Source: the human T2T-CHM13v2.0 reference genome, Homo sapiens
Direction: 5' to 3' (one strand)
Length of the DNA: 64,000 bases
Assembly (NCBI RefSeq): GCF_009914755.1
Contig: NC_060928.1
In this document: positions 56,504-64,000 of the stretch, piece by piece
How positions within the stretch are numbered: position 1 is the first letter of the stretch
Layout: each line of letters begins with the position of its first letter
The notes under the pieces: model-generated
What the model was told of the DNA's origin: nothing
Database searches by the model: none
What the model saw: the letters and a program-made list of their open reading frames with translations, nothing else
Translations under genes and position numbers: made by a program

Positions 56504-58327
56504 CAGCCCCCATCTACCACCACCCAGATCCACCTGGTACCACGAAGGGCCTCAGTACAGCTCGTGGGGAAGCCAGTCTATATCTGTATGTCCTGATCAC
56601 ATACCCCCAAAAATGCTGCTGGGCCCTGTAGCCACAGGGGTAAACAACTGGAGCTCTGTTGGACTTTGGGTGATCCATCTGGGGAGGATGCCTTGGGACC
56701 TAAAATCAGGCCCATTCCTTTGCACAGGGACTTCTATGGTCCTGGAGAACCAGGACAGCATGTAGAAGTGGGTGAGGGAGGGAGGAGGACAGAAGCTGCT
56801 GGTGTGTGGGTGCCCTTGACCAGTGAGGAACTGGAGTTCAGGGTGGCAACTAGAAGGCAGGGTACACAGGGCAGGGGCTCCAGTGACCCAGCTCTAGAAG
56901 CGGTACTCTCTCACTATAAAACTCTCACTAAGGAACCATATTGAAATGTATTTCTTTAACTATGTAAATACTGCTTGTGAGAAACTATATTATTTCTATC
57001 TAGTATTAATTACTTGGAAAAATCAAACTCATAAATTTGGCCACAATAGTCAACAAATAATTTCTACCTAAAAATGATAAAGACTTCGGCAGAATTTTTT
57101 TTCTTCCTCACTGGTCAAGTTGCTTTCTGGTAGACAGTGAGCTAAAATTACAAGAAATTCTCTGGGGAGCAGATTGTAAGAACCAGAATGAAATAAAGTG
57201 TGCTTCTTCAGAAACAAAATGTTGGAACTCCATTCCAAATACCATTTGCTCATAAGAGATAGAGTTTTATTTGTCTTCAATGTATCATTCCAAGAAGTTT
57301 TGACTACCATGATTCGGCTTAGACATCCAGTGGGTATTTTCAGATACACGTCATCCCTTAAGGGAGATTTACATGCAACTAACAGGTGTCATAGGGAAGG
57401 TTAAAAAAAAAAATGCTTGTCTGATGAGGGTGTCCTTCAATTCACTTCACCTCAAGCATTTGATCAAAGTTCACTAGATATAGGTCTGTCATGTGGAAAT
57501 AAATGGAAGCCTTTCAAATAGAAATCTGACTATACCCTGCCAAGATTAATTCCTCACTAGATTTATTTACACACACTTGCAGTTTTTGATGTCTTTGGGA
57601 GATCAGCACTTATTTTGGAAAAATGATCAAAAAAGATTATAAATTAACAATATCTTTTTAATGTCTCAGGTCAATAACTAATTTAAGAAATTTGCTTAAA
57701 TTTTTCTTATTACACTCTTAAATAAAATCCACAAACCAAACAGGAAGCAGCTTCATTAATCCATGACAAAGGAAAAAGTGACATATCTGAAATAAACTTG
57801 GAAAACTCTAAAAAAGCAATATAATTTTTGCAGTATATTACAGTGACAGTAAAAGACAGAAACTAGGTTTGACTTAAAGTCACACAACAGCTGCACAAAC
57901 TGATATTTTAAATAGAAAACTCTGTCTTCAGAGGATAAAATAGAAGTCAGGAATTTTCAAAGAGAAAAAAAATCAGAAATTATCTTTAAAAACCAGCTGG
58001 ACATGCATCTTGCTTATGTCTCACATGAATTCTTGCTGAAATTTAAATGAACCTTGCTAGAACATTGGCAAAGTGAGGACATTAAAATAAAATATTACAT
58101 GCTTGACTAGTCCAGGAATTTGGGCTTCTGAGATTCAAAAAGATGGACTGAAAAAGCACTGAGAGGTAGTGAGCAGGTATATTCACATGGAGATGAGATA
58201 GTTGCAAGACAGGCATGAGCAGGAATGATTATTTCACTGCTAAAGAGTCAGGAGTGTGGAGAAGAGGGAATTCTTGTACGCTGTTGGTGGGGATGTAAAT
58301 TTTATGGAAAATTATACAGAGGGTCCT

Positions 58328-58704
58328 TGCATTAGTCTGTTCTCATGCTACTCTAAAGAAATGTCCGAGACTGAGTAATTCACTAAGAAAAGAGGTTTAA
58401 TTAATTCGTAGTTCAGCATGGCTGGGGAGGTCTCAGAAAATTTATAATCATGGCAGAAGGGGAAGCAAACACATCCTTCTTCACATGGTGGCAGCAAGGA
58501 GAAGAATGAGTGCCCAGCAAAGGGGGAAGCCTCTTATAAAACCATCAGATCTCATAAGAACTAACTCCCTATCATGAGAACAGGATGGGGGAAACTGCCC
58601 TCATGATTCACTTATCTCCACCTGGTCCGTCCCATGACATGTAGGGATTATGGGAACTACAATTCAAGATGATATTTGGGTGGGGACACAGCCAAACCAT
58701 ATAA
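58328..58704 (-). mobile_element. THE1 (C/D-like) LTR
   Basis: tgcattagtctgttctcatgct...aaaccatcagatctcataagaact...gatatttgggtggggacacagccaaaccata. Confidence 0.92.
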
Positions 58705-58840
58705 GTCTGCCCTGGCCCCTCCCAAATCACATGTCCTCACATTTCAAAACACAATCACACCCTTCCAACAGTCCCCCAAAGTCTTCACTCATTCCAGCAT
58801 TAACCCAAAAGTCTAAGTCTAAAGTCTCATCTGAGACAAG
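58705..58840 (-). mobile_element. THE1-int fragment, abruptly truncated
   Basis: ccctggcccctcccaaatcacatgtcctcacatttcaaaac...aaagtctcatctgagacaag. Confidence 0.88.
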
Positions 58841-59218
58841 TGAGCTCTATGGTTGTCCCAACTTATTGCTCAGGAGAATTCCTGATGCAGGCAGGGGAAA
58901 CTCAGCAAAACCCAACCATCTTCCCGAGTTGAGGAAATGCAACTGAGACTCCAGGGAGACTAACAAGGCTAGAACTGGCAGCACAGATAACTGCAGCAAA
59001 GAGAACTTCCCAGAGACAGAAACCTGGGAATCTGCAGAGGCTCCTCAAGTATTCAGCAAATCAAAGAGTACATATAAATAAACGATCTAAGTCCAGAGAA
59101 AGAGCCATCAGAAAGAAGTAGAGGGAACAGCACCCAACACTCTCACAGGGCCCAGAATAGTACCTGCTCCAGCCAGCCAGATTCAGAAATTTCATAATCC
59201 ATGGGGCAGCAGGTTGAG

Positions 59219-59697
59219 CAGGGGCCCCCAAACCTGGGCCACAGACCAGTACCAATCCGTGGTGTGTTAGGAAACAAGCCACACAGCAGGAGGTGAGTGG
59301 CAGGTGAGCAAGCATTACCGCCTGAGCTCCACCTCCTTTCAGATCTGCTGCAGCATTACATTCCCATAGGAGTATGAACCCTATTGTGAACTGTGCAAGT
59401 GAGGGTTCTAGGTTGCATGCTCCTTATGAGAATCTAATGCCTGAGGATCTATCACTGTTTCCCATCACCCACAGATGGAACTGTCTAGTTGCAGGAAAAC
59501 AAGTTCAGGGCTCCCACTGATTCTACATTATGGTGAGTTGTATAATTATTTCATTATATATTACAATTAACATAGAAATAAAGTGCACAATAAATGTAAT
59601 GTGCTTAAATTATCCTAAACCACCCCCCACCCTGGTCCATGGAAAAACTGTTTTACATGTAACCAGTCTCTGGTACCAAAAAGGTTGGGAACCGCTG
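59219..59697 (+). mobile_element. MER1A hAT-Charlie MITE
   Basis: TIRs caggggcccccaaacc / ggttgggaaccgctg. 8-bp TSD aggttgag/aggtagag. Confidence 0.93.
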
Positions 59698-60289
59698 AGG
59701 TAGAGTACTCAGATAGGATTTGCCTCAGGCATGGGGAAAAAATAGCCTTAGACTATATGTTGCTCTGGTCCTGCAAGACTTGGAAGAATCCTAGCAGTAA
59801 AATTGTTAGACCAAATTGCATGCACATTTTACATTTTGATATACCCCCTCCCCCTTGGCCTCTAAAAAGTCTATCAATTTATGCTGTCCATTTTATTCAC
59901 AGAGTTGTCATCAAGGCATTGATGTATTTATTTGTTGGTCTAATGGGTAAATATTTATTCTTATGGCTTAACTCCCTTGTTCCTTATCAACTATCTAATC
60001 TGACTTGGCTGCTCCATGAATGTGAATTGCTGACTATTGCTACACTCTATTGACATCCTTGAATCTAACTCAGACCGGTAGATACAATCCAAACCTCAAC
60101 AAACACAGGCACGTGAGGGTCCCAGTTCAGAGACTGTCCACTCTCTCCTAACAGGGAGAATGCAGATTCTAATTGCCAATACTTTCTAGTTTCTCAAACA
60201 AAAGACAACATAGGCAAAGCTCACCTTACTAATTTAAGATATTTTTTACCAATGGGCTAAGAATAAAATAATGCAACAAGTGCCTATCT

Positions 60290-60500
60290 TTCAGAGGCAG
60301 ATTTGAAGTCAAATATCTTCTCTTTTATCTACTAATTGGATGACCCTGAGCAAAATAAATTATACTCTCTAAACTACTTTCTTCACCTGTAGAATGAGAG
60401 AAGGTTAACACTACTTTTGAAGGGTTGCTGTGAGGAATAAATGAGGTAATGAATGAAAAGTCATTATGGAAGTGACTTATAAATATATAAAAAGATGTGT
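60290..60500 (+). mobile_element. MIR
   Basis: gatgaccctgagcaa...ttcttcacctgtagaatgag...gggttgctgtgaggaataaatgaggtaatg. Confidence 0.7.
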
Positions 60501-60758
60501 CCCTAAATTTAAAAATTACCTAACGTATTCTAAGTTGTCTAAGTAAACTAGATTCAGTTTTTTGTGAAATTACCTTCATCAAACTTTAAAGAATCTCAAA
60601 ATAATGTACAAAGATAGAAGCAAAATCAATAATGCATTGTTAACTTGACAAAATTCTATTTCACATTCAAATTTAAAGACAGCTAAATAATGGCAAAAAA
60701 TTTTAAAGATCACCCCAAAATAAAGAAGCCATTTGCCACAAATGAAAAACATTGTCAA

Positions 60759-61233
60759 TGTATTCATTTTTGTGTTGCTGTTTTAAGAAATCACCACAAA
60801 CTTAGTGGCTTAAAAGAACACAAATTTATTATCTTACAGTTCTAGAGGTCAGAATTCCAAATGGAGTCTCAGACGATTAAAATCAAAGTGCTGGCAGGGC
60901 TGGTTCCTTCTAGAGGCTCCAGGAGAAAATTCCATTCTGTGCCTCTTCCAGTTTCCAAATGCCACCAGCATTCCTTAGCTTGTGGCTGCATCACTCCAAC
61001 CTCTCACTTTCATAGCCACATTTCCTGCTACTCACTGTGATCTCCTGCCTCGCTCTTATAAAGGTCCCTGTAATTACATCAGCCCCACCTGCATAATTGA
61101 GGCAAATCTTCCCATCTCGAGAATCACAATTTAACCCTATCTGCAAAATCCTTCTGTCATATAAGGTAACATTCCAGGTTCCACAAGTTAGGATATGGAC
61201 ATCTGGGCTAGGGGCACTATTCAGCCTACCACA
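60759..61233 (-). mobile_element. MLT1C/D solo LTR
   Basis: accacaaacttagtggcttaaaagaacacaaatttattatcttacagttctagaggtcagaa...ggggcactattcagcctaccaca. Confidence 0.85.
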
Positions 61234-61771
61234 GGGAAAAATGCAAACAGTCATAATTCAGGCAACAGACACATTAAGAGCACTGCACTGAGTCACACAA
61301 ATCAGGTTAAGAAGCAACACGTGATACAAGGGTGATTTAACATTAAACCCTCCACAAAGCATCTCCTGATTCCCTTCAATAAGCTGTGAGCAATTGTTTT
61401 AAGGCTATGTATTTAAAAGCATGTGTGGCAAAAAAGGGGAAATCTTGACTGAACACCTACTGTGTGCCATGAACTGTCTGGGCACTGAGGATACAACAGT
61501 GAACAACCCAAAGTCTCTCCCTTCATGGAGCCCTCCTTCAAGCAGAGGGACACGGTATACCAACAAGTCTTCTAGTAACACCAGCAATGTTGCCTTGATT
61601 GAAAGTAGTGAGATTCATACATTCTGTATGACTCCAGTATAAAAATCTGGAAAATATTAACAGTATGATTCCCAGGGCACCTGCCTGAAATAGACAAGGC
61701 TAGTGCAAAAAAAGTTAGGACTTATTCTAAAAACTAAAATAAAATAAGCTTACACCTGAAGACACGGGTTT

Positions 61772-62064
61772 GGTTTTCTTTTGTTTTTGTTTGTTTGTTT
61801 TTGAGAGGGAGTCTCACTCTGTCACCCAGGCTGGGGTGAAATGCCACAATCTTTGCTCACTGCAACCTCCACCTCCTGGGTTCAAATGATTCTCTTGTCT
61901 CAGCCTCCCGAGTAGCTGGGATTACAGGTGCACGCTGCCACACCCGGCTAATTTTTTGTATTTTAGTAGAGACCAGGTTGGTCTCAAACTCCTGAGCTCA
62001 GGCAATCCACCCCCCTCGGCCTCCCAAAGTGCTAGGATTACAGTCATGAGCCACCATGCCCGGC
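61772..62064 (-). mobile_element. AluSx-like with a ~19-bp left-arm deletion
   Basis: 15-bp TSD tgaagaca(c/t)gggttt. Confidence 0.95.
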
Positions 62065-62741
62065 TGAAGACATGGGTTTCTTCATACCCTAGTGAAGGAT
62101 AGAAAAGAAAATTTGGAAAAGATGAATGAATTCCAGAGGCCATTAATAGTGGGCTGCAGATTAAATAGACTACATTATGAAGAAGGGAAGCTATTTTTTT
62201 CAACCATATAACTCAGTTTAAGGTACAAGAAGACTCCTGAGATATAAAACAGAATATTTCATATGAAGGAGTAAGAATGGCCTCATTTTTCTGGCCAAAT
62301 TTGACATTAACTAAAATAGGAAAAAATGAATCTGTGTCTTCCAATTATGTTAAACTCACATTTGGTTAATTTGAAAGGTTAACCAAAAAATGTAGCTACA
62401 GGAAAATATGAGAGGCTGATCTAATGGGATTATTTGTTTCTTGGTGTGAAATTATTTTGGTTTATTACTATCTTATTATATTTCCCAATATCCCTTTTCC
62501 TCTTTCTCCTAATAGCTTACTTCTCCTGAGCTCCCACCTCTGATTCAGTTCTCCTTGGTTAGGGTTTTCTACTTACCTATATGAAATTTACTAAAGAAAG
62601 GCAGTAAGTAGCATCTTGGCTATCCTGTGTGCCTCATCAAGAAACCAAAAAATAAAAACTATTTTTAGCATATCAAACTTTGACAGTTCTTTTAGAAAAA
62701 GTAAATCTCCTTTTTAAGGCATAAGGAAACACTTATGCTGA

Positions 62742-62866
62742 GACAGAGAACAACATGGGGAAAATATGCCTCCATGATCCAATCACCTCCCACAAGGCAC
62801 CTCCGCTCACACGTGGGGATTTAAATTTGAGATGAGACTGGGTGGTAACACAGTCAAATCATATCT
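62742..62866 (-). mobile_element. MSTA/THE1-like LTR fragment
   Basis: catgatccaatcacctcccacaagg...atttgagatgagactgggtggtaacacagtcaaatcatatc. Confidence 0.75.
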
Positions 62867-62930
62867 ATAAGGTAACGTGCAATCAGCCACATCTGAAAGA
62901 AGGTGGGAAATCATTAGCAGAATCAGTAAG

Positions 62931-63655
62931 TGTATCCATTAGAGCTTAATCAGAGGAGGAGGATCACAAAGATGGACACAGAAGAAGGGATTTATTAAAA
63001 AGTTTAAACTTTAAAATTGTTTGAGAAGCTGGGGAAATAAAACTCCAGAAGAAAGCATTTTAGAGAATTAGAAAAAAAAAAAAAGTCACAAACCAGGAAC
63101 CTCAGGCAAGAGCTGATGGAGAGGTCTTTCTGCAAGTCTCTTACCTCTGCACCTGGCAGTGAGTCTGAAGTTGCTACAGGTCAGGTAGGCCAAGAGATAG
63201 GAAAATAAACTTGGCTACAAAGCTGGAGAAATCGAGGAAAAACTAGAATCCACGAAGGCCAACAGGAACTCACAAAAACAAACTGAAACCCAAGAGGACA
63301 AACAGAAACATGCAGGAATATCCCTGTCCATACTGCAACAGTGGTGACCTACAGGAATCTGGTGCCTTTCACTGTGGGGCTGTGCAGGTGCCTGGCCCTG
63401 GACTTGGAGAAGCTGGAGGAGGGGACCCAGCAAGATCTGACACAGATGCAGACATTGATGCAGATGAAGCTGCAGGTCTTGCTGCTGCCCGCCCCAAAGA
63501 AGCAAATCAGCAGATCATTGGCCATATACATAGAACCCTACAATGAACCTTCTGAGTGCCATTGCCTGCTGCCTCCTCTGCCCTCCAAATGTCACATACA
63601 TTTCTCCTGTGCCCAACTCTAACCCAGAATCATACAGGAAAGGAGCATCCAGCAC
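62931..63655 (-). mobile_element. Old ERVL-type LTR (LTR33-like), degenerate
   Basis: gggatttatt near the start and cccaactctaacccagaatcatacaggaaagg near the end. Confidence 0.4.
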
Positions 63656-63764
63656 AACTTTTCCTTACATATATAATTTATTCAATATTATTTCCCAAGC
63701 CTATCATATATAAATTCACATTGTCTCCCTTTTTCTATCCTAATATCCCCCAAATCCTCTAAAG

Positions 63765-63875
63765 CAGTGATTCTCAAACTTTAGAGTATAGAAGAATCAC
63801 CTAGGAATCTTCCTAAAAGGCAGATTCCAATTCAGTAGGTCCAGGATGGGGCCTGAGGTTCTGCATGTCTAACAT
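63765..63875 (+). mobile_element. MER5A fragment
   Basis: cagtgattctcaaactttagagtatagaagaatcacctagg...tcagtaggtccaggatggggcctgag. Confidence 0.75.
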
Positions 63876-63884
63876 ATGTCTTTA

Positions 63885-64000
63885 TGAGAGGTGACAGCGT
63901 GTTGGCAGCCCTCACAGCCCTCACTCGCTCTCGGAGCCTCCTCGGCCTTGGCGCCCACTTTGGTGGCACTTGAGGAGCCCTTCAGCCCACGGCTGCACTG
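63885..64000 (+). mobile_element. 5' start of an LTR12 (C-like; ERV9), running off the window
   Basis: tgagaggtgacagcgtgttggcagccctcacagccctcactcgctctcgg...gcacttgaggagcccttcagccc. Confidence 0.92.

Noticed and set aside
63215-63762. Cluster of overlapping ORFs with Q/L-rich translation
   Set aside because: It lies within a probable degenerate ERVL-type LTR, with no splice or homology evidence.

Overview
This is gene-poor, repeat-dense primate (human-like) genomic DNA, either intergenic or deep intronic. I recognise no host protein-coding gene, and nearly all ORFs in the track are repeat-derived or chance. The window holds a full-length but inactivated L1PA3/4-type element on the minus strand (18558-24702) and four 5'-truncated L1PA copies. 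It also holds about 18 Alu/FLAM/FRAM elements, many solo LTRs (MLT1, MST, THE1, MER21, MER39-like, MER41, LTR16-like, start of LTR12), hAT and Tigger MITEs, MIR/L2/L1M fossils, an ERVL pol relic and a TSD-flanked U4 snRNA retrocopy. I found no convincing new biological system. The most unusual signals are: (i) a 45-bp near-perfect inverted repeat enclosing a ~205-bp locally duplicated segment at 36.7-37.0 kb; (ii) several short, apparently templated insertions or inversions inside repeats between 34 and 48 kb; (iii) a U4 retrocopy that seems to include 3'-box-like downstream sequence; (iv) an open, C-terminally extended L1 ORF0; and (v) a frame-preserving candidate exon at 12419-12547 (-). Subfamily calls come from remembered consensus sequences, and edges without TSD support are approximate.
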